This document shows positions 1 through 12,136 of a stretch of 64,000 bases of DNA, piece after piece. Every line of letters starts with the position of its first letter. Positions within the stretch are counted from its first letter, which is position 1. The notes below the pieces were generated by a model. The model had not been told where the DNA came from. It ran no database searches and worked only from the letters and a program-made list of their open reading frames with translations. This DNA is from Tricharina praecox. Lineage: Eukaryota. A program made the translations under genes and the position numbers. The DNA is taken from positions 186,001 through 250,000 of the forward strand of contig NW_026250427.1 of assembly GCF_024521635.1 (NCBI RefSeq). The letters run 5' to 3'.

Positions 1-50
1 TCCGCAAACATATACACTTGGCCGTCCAGTCTGCGGAGTGCTGGGGCTGC

Positions 51-2054
51 TCAAAAATCCTCCGGCTCACTCTCATTCCTTTCCCAGAATGGAGGGGCCT
101 CCGTCATTGCTTCATCCTCCACCACAACCGCCGCAGCCTTGTGTTGCTTGGACCTCGGTCGAGTGGGTTCGGCATCCTGGGTGTCCCGCTTTCTCTTTGT
201 CACGGATGACACCTTTAGACTCTCGGGGAGTTCGGTACCCGCGACTGTTTTTCTGGCGTAGCATTGGAAGGTCCGGTGGCCGTCTCGTCCGCAACGCCAA
301 CAGTCGCACTTGGATGCTTTGTGGGCATCGATCTCCTTCTGGGGAACCCCTACCAGAGCCTCCTTTGCTCCTGCGTAGATGTCCCCTTCCCTTGTCCTTC
401 CCTTCCTGACCCCTGTTGCTTCCTTGGCCTTTCGGCCCTCCGGGGAGTCCCCACTTTCCTTGCGGCCCCCGGGGTCTCTGCCCTTTCCTTGGCCCTGCCG
501 GCCGTTGCCAGGTCCCTTCCGGTCGCCGCCGGAACCTTGGCTACCCGATCCCCCTTTCCTCATTGCCCTTGCCTTCTTCAGCGCATCCCGCCGTTCCACA
601 TAGTTGCCAGCCCTGAGCACCGTTTCCAGGAAGTCTTCATCGTCTTCGTAGGGTTCGGTGTGCTGGTTGAAGCACATGTCGACGATGTCGGTGGTCATGG
701 CCTGGTTGACTATGTCTTGTAACGGTTCGCCGGTGGCGCGAGCGATCATGTTGAGCGATCGGAAGGAGGTCATGTAAGCCTGGATGTCTCCTTTGTATTC
801 GAGGGCCCACATCCTTCTTAATGCGTTCGCTCCTTCCTGCGTGTCGCGGTACGCCTCCTTGAGTGCCTCTTGGTACGCCTGCCACGTATCCTCCAAGTGT
901 AGCTGCCTCAGGCTTTTTCGACGGGCCTGATGCCATTCTGCCGCTGTTCCTTCCAGTCGCGATCTTACCCACGCTATCTTCTGCTGCTCGTTTGTCTCTG
1001 GGTGGAACTCAAGATGTTCTTCAACTGAGTCCCACCATGGACGGAAGGCTGTCCTTTGCTTGCCATCGAACGGCTTGGGCTCTTTCATCTTTAGCTTGAT
1101 GGCCCTTGGGTTCGATGCGGAGACGGCAGCGGCGATGATCCGAGCGAAGCAACTCTCTTCGTCTTCGCCGTCATCTCTTGGTAGCGGAGCGTTTCGGTGA
1201 CGGGGCGGCGAACGACGCGGCAAGGGGATGGAATCGTCATCATCTGATGGTTCCTCATCCGAGGGATCACCTCCAAGGTTAGTCACTGGACGTCTTGGGG
1301 GGGGAGGAGGAGGGGACATTCCTGCACCTGCCAGAGTTTCCCTTGTTGCTGATCTTTCTGCCCGCGATCCTCCTCTTGGGGTGGAGTTTACCCACTCTGG
1401 CGCCTTTTCCTTCGCCTTTCCTGTCCTTACCTCCACAGCCTTCAATTTTTTCTCCGCTCGAGCGATTTTTTCCTTGATTCGCTGTTGCTCATTGTAGAGG
1501 TATTCTGCCTTCTCTTCCTGTTTCCCCGCCCATATTTCCACGTTGCGGTTGTACACCGCTTGCTCCCTGCGTTGTTCGACTTGCGCGGTTTCGAGGAACA
1601 CAATGGTGTCTTGTAGCCGAGCGTTTGCAACGCTTTGCAGCTCGCGGTTGTCTTCGTCTTTCTGGTTATGTTCTCGAATGAGTGCCCATACGCCGCTGCT
1701 CAGGGCGTGCGCCGCGTTCGCTAACGTTGACAGCTCGGTTCGAAGCCATTCTGTATTCATTTCGGCATTGTGAGCGTGGAGGTTGTACACATACTTGACC
1801 CCATCGCAGAGTTGTTCGTAGTTACTTCTGATTTCCTGAATTCGGGAGTCCTCTTCTTGGAACTTCTGATCGCATGCTTGGTAAAGTTGGCGCAGGTCTC
1901 TTTGTGCCGTTTGGTATTGGTGGTTCATCAACCTGAGCCAGGCTGCCGAGTTTTGCACTTCGACAGTTTCGGATGCTTGAGGAATGCTAACGAGCGCGTT
2001 GCTCAGGGTCTGAGGAAGTTCGAGGCGGAGCATGTCGAGGTTTGAGGAGGACAT
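51..2054 (-). CDS. gag: Gag polyprotein, family A (667 aa, intact)
   Basis: Retrotrans_gag-like core (EPKPFDGK...WW), CCHC zinc knuckle CWRCGRDGHRTFQC, starts 40 nt after the LTR, ends at GGATTTTTGA. Confidence 0.93.
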   Translation of the reverse strand: MSSSNLDMLRLELPQTLSNALVSIPQASETVEVQNSAAWLRLMNHQYQTAQRDLRQLYQACDQKFQEEDSRIQEIRSNYEQLCDGVKYVYNLHAHNAEMNTEWLRTELSTLANAAHALSSGVWALIREHNQKDEDNRELQSVANARLQDTIVFLETAQVEQRREQAVYNRNVEIWAGKQEEKAEYLYNEQQRIKEKIARAEKKLKAVEVRTGKAKEKAPEWVNSTPRGGSRAERSATRETLAGAGMSPPPPPPRRPVTNLGGDPSDEEPSDDDDSIPLPRRSPPRHRNAPLPRDDGEDEESCFARIIAAAVSASNPRAIKLKMKEPKPFDGKQRTAFRPWWDSVEEHLEFHPETNEQQKIAWVRSRLEGTAAEWHQARRKSLRQLHLEDTWQAYQEALKEAYRDTQEGANALRRMWALEYKGDIQAYMTSFRSLNMIARATGEPLQDIVNQAMTTDIVDMCFNQHTEPYEDDEDFLETVLRAGNYVERRDALKKARAMRKGGSGSQGSGGDRKGPGNGRQGQGKGRDPGGRKESGDSPEGRKAKEATGVRKGRTREGDIYAGAKEALVGVPQKEIDAHKASKCDCWRCGRDGHRTFQCYARKTVAGTELPESLKVSSVTKRKRDTQDAEPTRPRSKQHKAAAVVVEDEAMTEAPPFWERNESEPEDF

Positions 2055-2093
2055 TTCGATAGAAATCGGTGACTGTAACCTTTAAGATTATAG

Positions 2094-2784
2094 TGTGAGA
2101 CTGGAATGAGTTTGTGTCGTCGGAGTCTAGGGTAATATCGAGTGTAGAATAAAAGTCAGGGATTTCGATAATTCACAACGGAATAATCTTAAGGGTGTTT
2201 GTTCGATGGTTTGGTCGGTGCGATGATTGTTGTTTGCTTCGGTTGCCCGATCGGTTCGACTTATAGTCGTCCCGATCCTCAGCACGTGATTCCTCTAGAG
2301 TGCGGCCTAACGTAGCTCCGTTGCTCCCTTTGCATCGGAGTTCCGCGGCCTAGCCTTGAGTCGTCGTCAGCTCTCTTCGGATAGTCTTCTCGACTAGGCA
2401 GGTGGTAAGCACCACGCGCCCAAGATAGATTGGAGTTCCCGAGCAATTATCTCCCTCATGCGCCGGCAGAGTTCTTCGCTCGAAGTTGTCTGCCCCCATC
2501 GGTCGATGATCGATTCTCTCGTCATAACAGTTTTTCCCTGGATTGGAGTTCCTACTGCGGGGCCCTATGAACGGAGATCTCAAAGTCCTCTGGACTGTTA
2601 TCCCGATCTCCCGCATCTCCGATCACTGTCCAGACTCTGGAATCCGTTTGCTCCCTCCTTCCTATCTTGTCCTCGATCGCTTCTAACTATCCTTTCAGCT
2701 CGCACCTCTATTCCAATCACCCGAACTATATAATCACATCTCTTTGCGACCGTCGTGACCTCCGATACCTATCGGGGTGTCAAA
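2094..2784 (-). repeat. LTR-A (5' LTR)
   Basis: Near-identical to copies at 8071, 10963, 12763, 14849, 32549 and 34658. Confidence 0.95.
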
Positions 2785-4814
2785 TAAGCAATGTGCCTAT
2801 CCACACGATGCGCTGGCGGTCCTCGGTCCGCGGATAGAAGTCAAGGTATTCTTCCACCGCGTCCCACCAAGTGCGGAAGGGGGTGGTAGGCTTCCCGTAA
2901 AAGCTCTTTGAATTGCTGAGACGGAGCTTTTGCACTCCTTCTTGGGAAGCTCTGAATGCTTCCGAGAGAACTCTAGCGAAGCGGCGTTCGTCGGTCTCGT
3001 TGGGTTCGCGAGATGCGCGAGTCTCCCTCGGTCGGCGCGGAGGTGCGCTTGATGAATGCCTGCTGTCTTCGTCCATCGGGTCGTCGTCCGATGGCGGCCC
3101 ACCTGGGGGAAGTACTGGAGGTCTCGGGGGGATTGGGGGTGCTCCTCCACGTCCGGTGCCACTACTCTGAGGTGGTGGATAAGAGTCCGTTGACTCAGAT
3201 CTTCGCGGGCTCCTGTGGGCCCACGGGGGTGTAGCGTCGCGGGGTGCCCGGCTGCGAAGGGAGACTTCTCGGGTTGCCCTTTTTGTTTTGGCTAATGCGT
3301 CTGCGAGTTTCTTCTGTTCTGACGCGAGCCAAGCCGTCTCCGCTTGCTCCTGTGCTGCCCATCTTTCCAGGTTTTGTTGGTACTGGGCCTGCTCCCGTTG
3401 GCGTTCGAGATCTGCCGTCTGGAGGAATACCATCGCGTCTTTCGTGCGTGCATTCGCTTCTTCCTGGATGAAGATTCGCCGTGTGGCATCGTTCGTTTTT
3501 TCAGTGATCATGTCCCAGACATCGTGTCACAGTTCAGAAATCCTGGCCTTAAGTAGCTACTGGGATGATGGCCTTCAGCCATCAAAATACCTTTTGGTCG
3601 AGTGGTATAGTACTTTCCCAGTGTACTTTATTACACATCGCTAAGAAGGCCTGCGCCGCGTTCGCTATTGCGGATAGCTCCCTGCGCAACCATTCTTGTT
3701 GGACCGTTGCGTCTGAGTTCTGGAGGTCGAACAGGTACTGGCAACCGCGATAGAGTGCCTTGTAGTTTTGTTCGATTTCTCGCATTCGGCGGTTCCCGTG
3801 GTCGAATGTTTTGTCACAGGCGACGTAGAGGGATCGGAGGTCCCTTTGCGCCGTGCGATGGAGGTTGATCATCATCCGGACCCAGTCTGCGGGGCTGCGA
3901 ACTTCTACGGTTGAGTCATCAATAGAGGTATCATTGATGACCTCTTGTAGGGATCGTGGGCACTCCAGCCGGAGCATATCCACGTTGGAGGAGGGTGCGG
4001 CAATCGGCCTGGAGGGGGATGCCATTTCGTAGGTGGTAATTCTTTAGAAAAGGATCGATTTTTCTTAAGATTACAGTGTGAGACTGGAACGATTTCGGTC
4101 GTCGGAGTCGATTGATAGAATAGGATAAGAATGAAGATAGATAGTATTCTTTCTTTCACAAGCGGAATAATCTTAAGGGGTAGTGTCGATGGTTTTCTGG
4201 TTGCTGATTCTGATGATGAATCTGTCGCCGTGTCGTCGGAAGTCAATATAGTTAGGTGATTTGGTCGAGTCACGTGCCAGCCGTTGCCGTAGCTTGTTGC
4301 CGGATGGAACCCTGGCGTGAAATCTCTGCACTTGGTGCGGAGACTTTCTCTGCCATGTCATCAGAGTCGTCGTAAGCCTTCAAGATAGTTTATACAAACT
4401 AGGCAGGTATGGCGCACCAATCCTTACCCGAGCATAGTCCGGTTTCAGCTATCTCTTCGCTGGGCAACAGCTGCGCCTTTCGGCACGGCTCTTATTTGCT
4501 TGAGACGCGAGAAGAGGGGCAACACTCGTCATAGTGGTTTTTCTCCGATCAGAGTTTTCTCTGCGCGTGTTCCGCGATTCGCCTGCTTCAAGTCAAGCAT
4601 GACTGTATCGGACTTTTCGTGCGTATCGCTGCGCCTCCGATCCCACCTAGACTCTGGTCCCGTTTGCTTCCTTCCTTCCTATCTCGTCTCTGACTAGCTA
4701 CGACTAATCTAAAGGTTCCCTCCTGTTCCCCGATCTATCTAACTATTTTTCCCGAACTCCCGTTGGTAAGAAGCCGGACCCTGAAGTCGGGCCGACTGCG
4801 ACCAGGGTGTCACA
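2785..4814 (-). mobile_element. Ty3/Gypsy family B, 5' part (LTR-B 4077-4814 plus disrupted gag 2785-4025)
   Basis: gag matches the intact copy at 28419-30407. LTR reads TGTGACACCCTGG...CCAGTCTCACA on the minus strand. Inserted into an LTR-C. Confidence 0.95.
3525..3635. mobile_element. 111-bp solo mini-LTR-like insertion in gag
   Basis: TGTCACAG...TTATTACA flanked by a perfect CATCG duplication; absent from the intact gag copy (around 30017-30021). Confidence 0.8.
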
Positions 4815-7800
4815 ACGGGGGCAGGGACAAGGACTACGGCGCAGACGGCAGCCGAGGCAAGGACAGAGGTAACAGTGATTGAATCAACAAGTTGTTGCGT
4901 GAAGAACCAAATACAGAGGGGCAACCGTCCGTTCATATAGAAGATCCTCCACTTCTTCCTGCAACCTGACAAGGTCCGTGGGCGTGTGCCAGACCCTGAG
5001 AAATCCACCTTGCCAGTACCCCCGCTTCCATGACTCATACCCTGCGCAGCCGCAACACCCCTGCTTCCTGCACACAGCCCTAATCCCCTGCGACTCATTA
5101 CTACGCTATCCCTGCTCCCTGCACACAGCCCCCAATCCTCTGCCACTTATCCTTGCACTGCCGGTGCATTGCCTGTGCACTGCCTCCCAACTCTCCCTAT
5201 TCAAGCACCGACCCTACCTTCATCATTCCGTCGCAAGCCGTGACAGTAGTCCCTCCTAAGGCTCGAGTTCCCACGAGAGCAAGTTCGACTGGTCCAGGCT
5301 GCATGGGGTGTCGTCCATGGAACTCGTCCACAGCTTGTATTTCGGTAAGCTTCTCCTCTGGTTCCCATGTTGGTGCCGCGTAGCCTCTCCATTTCACCGG
5401 GTACTGGAGTTTGCTTGCCCCTGAGGTTCCCGCTGTCGAGAACCTCTTCAACCTCCCATTCTTCTTGGTCGTCCACGATTACCGGAAGTGGTGGCGGTGG
5501 AATTTGTCCAGGGAAGTGATTGTCAGCGGAGGCATAAAGGAGGGATACAGGAAATGTTCGCTGCTTCTGAACGTTGTCTGGAATGTCCAATTCGTAGGCG
5601 TGGGTTCCAATTGTCCGAATCATACGGTAGGGACCATGGTATTTGTTTTACAGCTTGCGACTGGGTTTCTCGGTGCGCCAGTTCCGACCATCCACCCATA
5701 CAATGTCGCCCGGTAGGAAGGCTGGTGCAGGGGTTCGGTGTCAGTCGGAGTCGTCCTGTTGCCGTGCCTGAGTATACCGCATTTGGCTGCGGACGCTGTC
5801 GCGGATTTGATGCAACCGTTCCGCTGCACTCCGAGCTTGATGTTTCTCCTTGAAGTTGACACGGATATCCAGCTCAAAGTCACACCGTGGGTGGTATCCT
5901 AGGTTTGCAAAGAATGGGGACAGGGTAGTCGTGTCGGAGACCTGGTTGTTGCCAGCGAATTCGGCCAAGAACAGGTAGTTGACCCAGTCATCCTGGAGGT
6001 AGCTGACGTACACGCGGAGGTGCTGTTCCATGACGGCGTTCATCCGTTCGGTTTGGCCGTCAGTCTGGGGGTGGCAGGCAGTCGACAGGCGTGGCTCGAT
6101 CTTGAGGCATGAGCATAGGTGCTTCCAGAATCTCGAGGCAAATTGGGGACCCCTATCCGGGACGATGGTTTCTGGCAACCCGTGGTACCTGAAGATCGGG
6201 TCGCAGAACAGCTCGGCCAGTCCTTCCGAGGTGATGGTCGTGGTACATGGTAGGAGATGACGTTGCTTGGTCAGTCAGTCAACAAAAACACAGATGTCGT
6301 CAAACCCCTTTGAGGCCGGTACGCCAGTGACAAAGTCGACTGAGATGTGTTGCCATGGCTTCTCGGGTACTGGGAGGGGGCGCAGGACACCATAGGGTGC
6401 GTGCCGGGTGGCCTTGGTTCGTCGGCAGGTGTGACAGTTTCAGACAAACTGGTCAACGTCCTTTCGCATCTGTGGCCAGTAGTACCTCCGAGGAAGTAGT
6501 TCCAGGGTTTTCGCGCGCCCTGGGTGCCCCATGGTTGGTGGGCCGTGGTGGTCCTGGATCAGTCGTAGTCGAAGTCGGTCTTACTCTGGAACATAGAGGC
6601 AGTCTCGGTAGATCAGTTGCCCGTTGACTTCGCGGCATTCGGCCAAGGAGATCTCCTTCGAGTGGCGTGTACCATTTCGGAGTAGCTCGAGGATTCGAGC
6701 CGGGACGGGGTCTATGTCGTAGCCTTCTGTTATCAGTGACGTGAGGAGGAGACGATCTTGTTCGGGTGTGTTGGTTGCTGCCAACCGGAGCTCTTCCGGT
6801 AGGTTGTCAGGTTTCAGGACTGCCTGCTGGTTGGCGAGCAGTCTTTCATCCCCTTCTTTAGGGAGGTCTCCTGACCTCCTGGTCAGTGCATCCGGTTTTC
6901 TTCCCGCTTTGCCTGGTCGGTAGACAATCTTGAAATGGAAACGGGAAAGGAACTTTGACCATCGCGCTTGTCGTCGGTTGAGTAGTTTCGTTGTCATGAA
7001 ATACTCCAGATTCTTGTGGTTGCTTAGGACTTGGATGGGGTGAGGAGCGCCCTCCAGATGTGGTCTCCACTCCTCAAAGGCGCGGATGATTGCAAGGAGC
7101 TCTTTGTCGTAGATCTCGTAGTTGCATTCTGCCGGGGAGTGTTTCTTGGAATAGAATGCCACTGGGTGCAGGATTCCCTCGTCGTCGTACTGAGATAGGA
7201 CTCCGGCAGAGACGTAGTCGGAGGCGTCAGTTTCCACTACTATCTGCCGATCGTAGTCGAAGTGCCGGACGATCGGGGCCGAGGTGAATGCTGTTTTTAG
7301 TTCGTCGAATGCTTTCTGCTGTTCCAGTCCCCGCACGAAGGGAACATACTTTCCATCCTCCTTCTTGGTCAATGCTGTCAATGGGGATACCACCTTGGAA
7401 TAGTCTTGGATGAATCGCCGGTAGAAGTTCGCAAATCCCAGAAAGCATTGCACATCGGTGACGGTACTCGGCTCCTCCCATTCCAGTATGCAGGAGACTT
7501 TCCCTGGGTCCATCTTGATCCCGTTTGTTGTAATGATCAGTGCCAAATACTTGACTTCCGTCTGGTGGAAATGACATTTTTCGGGTTTGAGATGTAGACC
7601 GGCTGCAGATAAGGCCTGAAGTACTTTCCTGACATGTTTCCGGTGTTCATCTAAGGATCCGCTGTAAATGAAGACGTCATCGATGAATGCGGTACAGAAG
7701 TCGTCGAGGATCGGGCGTAGCACATCGTTGATCAGAGCTTGGAAGTCGGCAGGGGCGTTGGTGAGGCCGAAGGGCAGGACGAGGGATTTGAAGAGCCCAT

Positions 7801-7985
7801 AGCGTGTCCGGAAGGCAGTTTTCTACTCTTCTCCTTCCGCCATCCGCACAAGGTTGTAGGCACCGCGGATATCCAGGGTGGTGAAGTATTTTGCCCCGGA
7901 TAGCCGCATCAGAGTTTCTTGGAGGAGTGGGAGTGGGTACCTGTTCTTGATTGTTCCTTCGTTCAGGCCCCTGTAATCCACACAC
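4815..7985 (-). mobile_element. pol: Ty3/Gypsy family C, 3' part (degenerate RT, RNase H, integrase, chromodomain; partial 3' LTR 4815-5245)
   Basis: FIDD RT motif, ETDAS RNase H, integrase DRGPQF...QTDGQTER, chromodomain EEWEVEEVLDS, PPT AGGAGGG next to the LTR; stops and frameshifts present. Confidence 0.93.
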
Positions 7986-8070
7986 TGTAACGGCACGGTC
8001 GGGCAAGGCTCCAGGTAGCGAAGTCGGGCTGGGGATCGGGTTCTAGCTTCGGCAGAGGCAAGGCGGGTTC
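7986..8070 (-). repeat. LTR-C fragment inserted in family C pol and truncated by an LTR-A
   Basis: TGTAACGGCACGGTCGGG end matches the LTR-C termini at 12136 and 22599. Confidence 0.85.
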
Positions 8071-10883
8071 TGTGACACCCCGATAGGTACCGGAGGTCAC
8101 GACGGTCGCACCAGATGTGATTAGATAGTTCGGGTGATTAGAATAGAGTTGCGAGCCGAAAGGATAGTTGGAAGCGATCAAGGACAAGATAGGAAGGAGT
8201 GAGCAACCGGATTCCAGAGTCTAGACAGTGATCGGAGATGCAGGTGATCGGGATAACAGTCCAGAGGACTTTGAGATCTCCGTTCATAGGGCCCCGCTGT
8301 AGGAACTCCGATCCAGGGAAAAACTGTTATGACGAGAGAAATCGAACATTGACCTATGGGGGCAGAGAACTTCAAGCTAAGAACTCTGCCGGCGCATGAG
8401 GGAGATAATTGCTCGGAAACTCCGATCTATCTTGGGCGCGTGGTGTTTACCACCTGCCTAGTCGAGAAGACTATCCGAAGAGAGCTGACGACGACTCAAG
8501 GCTAGGCCGCGGAACTCCGATGCAAAGGAAGCAACGGAGCTACGTTAGGCCGCACTCTAGAGGAATCACGTGCTGAGGATCGGGACGACTATAAGTCAAA
8601 CCGAGCAGGCAACCGAACCAAACCACAATCATCGCACCGAACAAACCATCGAAGAAACACCCTTGAGATTATTCCGTTGTGAATTATCGAAATCCCTGAC
8701 TTTTATTCTAAAGTCGATAATACCATAGACTCCGACGACACAAACTCGTTCCAGTCTCACACTATAATCTTAAGGTTACAGTCACCGATTTCTATCGAAA
8801 TGTCCTCCTCAAACCTCGACATGCTCCGCCTCGAACTTCCTCAGACCCTGAGCAATGCGCTCGTTAGCATCCCGCAAGCATCCGAAACCGTCGAAGTACG
8901 AAACCCGGCAGCCTGGCTCAGGCTGATGAACCACCAATACCAAACGGCACAAAGAGACCTGCGCCAACTTTACCAAGCATGCGATCAGAAGTTCCAAGAA
9001 GAGGACTCCCGAATTCAGGAAATCAGAAGTAACTACGAACAACTCTGCGATGGGGTCAAGTATGTGTACAACCTCTACGCTCACAATGCCGAAATGAATA
9101 CAGAATGGCTTCGAACCGAGCTGTCAACGGTAGCGAACGCGGCGCACTCCCTGAGCAGCGACGTACGGGCAGTCATTCGATGTGAGACTGGAACGATTTC
9201 GGTCGTCGGAGTCGATTGATAGAACAGTTTTAGAATGAAAATAGATAGTATTCTTTCACAAGCGGAATAATCTTAAGGGTTAGTGTCGATGGTTTTCTGG
9301 TTGCTGATTCTGATGATGAATCTTTCGCCGTGTCGTCGGAAGTCTATATAGCCGGGTGATGTGGCCGAGTCACGTGCCAGCCATTGCCGTAGCTTGTTGC
9401 CGGATGGAAACCCTGGCGTGAAATCTCTGCACTTGGTGCGGAGACTTTCCCCGCCATGTCATCAGAGTTGTCGTAAGCCTTCAGGATAGTTTATACAAAC
9501 TAGGCAGGTATGGCGCACCAATCCTTACACGAGCATAGTCCGGTTTCAGCTATCTTTTCGCTGGGCAACGGCTGCGCCTTTCGGCACGGCTCTTATTTGC
9601 TTAAGACGCGAGAAGAGGGGCAACACTCGTCATAGTGGTTTTTCTCCGATCAGAGTTTTCTCTGCGCTTGTTCGCGATTCGCCTGCCTCAAGTCGAGCAT
9701 GACTGTATCGGACTTTTCGTGCCTATCGCTGCGCCTCTGATCCCACCTAGACTCTGGTTCTGTTTGCTTCCTTGCTTCCTATCTCGTCTCTGACTAGCTA
9801 CGACTAATCTAAAGGTTTCCTCCTGCTCCCCGATCTATCCAACTATTTTTCCCGGACTTCCGTTGGTAAGAAGCCGATCCCTGAAGTCGGGCCGACTGCG
9901 ACCAGGGTGTCACATTCGAGAACATAACTAGAAAGACGAAGACAACCGCAAGCTGCAAAGCGTTGCAAATGCTCGGCTACAAGACGCCATCGTGACCCTC
10001 GAAACGGCGCAAGTCGAACAACGAAGGGAGCAAGCGGTGTATAACCGCAACGTGGAAATATGGGCAGGGAAATAGGAAGAGAAGGTTGAATACCTCTACA
10101 AACAGCAACAGCGAATAAAGGAAAAAATCGCTCGAGCGGAGAAAAAATTGAAGGCTGTAGAGGTAAGGACAGGGAAGGCGAAGGAAAAGGCCCCAGAGTG
10201 GGTAAACACCACCCCAAGAGGAGGATCGCGGGCAGAAAGATCAGCAACAAGGGAAACTCTGGCAGGTGCAGGAATGTCCCCTCCTCCTCCCCCCCCAAGA
10301 CGTCCGGTGACTAACCTTGGAGGTGATCCCTCGGATGAGGAACCATCGGATGATGACGATTCCATCCCCTTGCCGCGTCGTTCGCCGCCCCGTCACCGAA
10401 ACGCTCCGCTACCAAGAGAAGACAATGAAGACAAAGAGAGTCGCTTCGCTCGGATCATCGCTGCTGCCGTCTCCGCATCAAACATGAGGGCCATCAAACT
10501 TCAAATGAAAGAGCCCAAGCCGTTCGATGGCAAGCAAAGGACAACCTTCCGTCCATGGTGGGACTCAGTCGAAGAATATCTTGAGTTCCACCCAGAGACA
10601 AATGAGCAGCAGAAGATAGCGTGGGTGGGATCCCGACTGGAAGGAACAGCGGCAGAATGGCATCAGGCCCGTCGTGAAAGCCTGAGGCAGCTACACTTGG
10701 AAGATAGGTGGCAGACGTATCAAGAGGCACTCAAGGAGGCGTACCGCGAAACGCAGGAAGGAGCGAACGCATTAAGAAGGATGTGGGCCCTCGAATACAA
10801 AGGAGACATCCAGGCTTACATGACCTCCTTCCGATCGCTCAACATGATCGCTCGCGCCACCGGCGAACCGCTACAAGACATAG
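8071..10883 (+). mobile_element. Family A element, 5' part (LTR-A 8071-8761, PBS, disrupted gag from 8800)
   Basis: gag near-identical to 51-2054; interrupted by a solo LTR-B and truncated by an LTR-C. Confidence 0.95.
9181..9914 (-). repeat. Solo LTR-B
   Basis: TG...CA termini, TSD TTCGA on both sides. Confidence 0.95.
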
Positions 10884-12136
10884 TGTCACGGCTCGCGATG
10901 GAATAACGAAGGGAGGGTCGGCACAAGGATCGGGAGAGTTGGGGGGCAGTTCAGAGGCAGTGTGTGACACCCCGTAGCTATCGGAGGACACGACGGTCGC
11001 AAGAGATGTGATTAGATAGTTCGGGTAATTAGAATAGAGTTGCGAGCCGAAAGGATAGTTAGAAGCCATCAAGGACAAGATAGGAAGGAGGGAGCAAACG
11101 GATTCCAGAGTCTAGACAGTGATCGGAGATGCGGGTGATCGGGATAACAGTCCAGAGGACTTTGAGATCTCCGTTCATAGGGCCCCGCAGTAGGAACACC
11201 AATCCAGGGAAAAACTGTTATGACGAGAGAATCGAACATCGACCGATGGGGGCAGAGAACTTCGAGCGAAGAACTCTGCCGGCGCATGAGGGAGATAATT
11301 GCTCGGGAACTCCAATCTATCTTGGGCGCGTGGTGCTTACCACCTGCCTAGTCGAGAAGACTATCTGAAGAGAGCTGACGACGACTCAAGGCTAGGCCGC
11401 GGAACTCCGATGCAAAGGGAGCAACGGAGCTACGTTAGGCCGCACTATAAAGGAATCACGTGCTGAGGATCGGGACGACTATAAGTCGAACCGAGCAAGC
11501 AACCGAACCAAACTACAATCATCGCACCGAACAAATCATCGAACAAACAGCCTCAAGATTATTCCGTTGTGAATTATCGAAATCCCTGACTTTTATTCTA
11601 TCCTCGATATTACCATAGACTCCGACGACACAAACCCGTCCCAGTCTCACACAGTGCACTGGCAGTGCAAGGATGAGTCGCAGAGGATTGGGGGCTGTGT
11701 GCAGGGAGCAAGGATAGCGCAGTAATGAGTCGCAGGAGATTGGGGCTGTGTGCAGGAAGCAGGCGTAGCGCGGCTGCGCACGGTATGAGTCACGGAAGTG
11801 GGGTACCGGCAAGGTGGATTTTTCAAGGTCTGGCACACGCCCACGGTCATTGTCAGGTTGCGGGAAGAAGTGAAAGATTTTCTATATAAACGGGCCGTTG
11901 CCCCTCTGTATTTAGTTCTTCACGCAACAACTTGTTAATTCAACCATTGTTACCTCTGTCCTTGCCTCGGCTGCCGTCTGCGCCGTAGTCTTTGTCCCTG
12001 CCTCTGTTCTCAGTTGCCGTCTGCACTGAGCCCTGCCTCACCTTGTCCCCTGAACCCGTGTTGCCTCTACCGAACTTAGAACCCGGTCCCCAGCCCGACT
12101 TCGCTACCTGGAGCCTTGCCCGACCGTGCCGTTACA
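10884..12136 (+). repeat. LTR-C (recombinant solo LTR, contains a nested solo LTR-A)
   Basis: TGTCACGGCTC...CCGTTACA; flanks CATAG and CGTGG do not match. Confidence 0.9.
10963..11651 (+). repeat. Solo LTR-A
   Basis: TSD CAGTG/CAGTG. Confidence 0.95.

Larger units (their letters stand above)
1..2784 (-). mobile_element. Ty3/Gypsy LTR retrotransposon family A, 5' part (5' LTR, PBS, gag, start of pol); continues off the left edge
   Basis: LTR 2094-2784 (minus strand: TTTGACACCCCGATAGG...CCAGTCTCACA, the terminal TG mutated), followed by the gag ORF. Inserted into a family B gag (right flank TAAGC). Confidence 0.95.

Noticed and set aside
2350..2733. Recurrent short ORFs inside LTR-A (MRRQSSSLEV.., MREIGITVQR..)
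   Set aside because: They recur only because the LTR is repeated; lengths vary between copies and there are no protein motifs.
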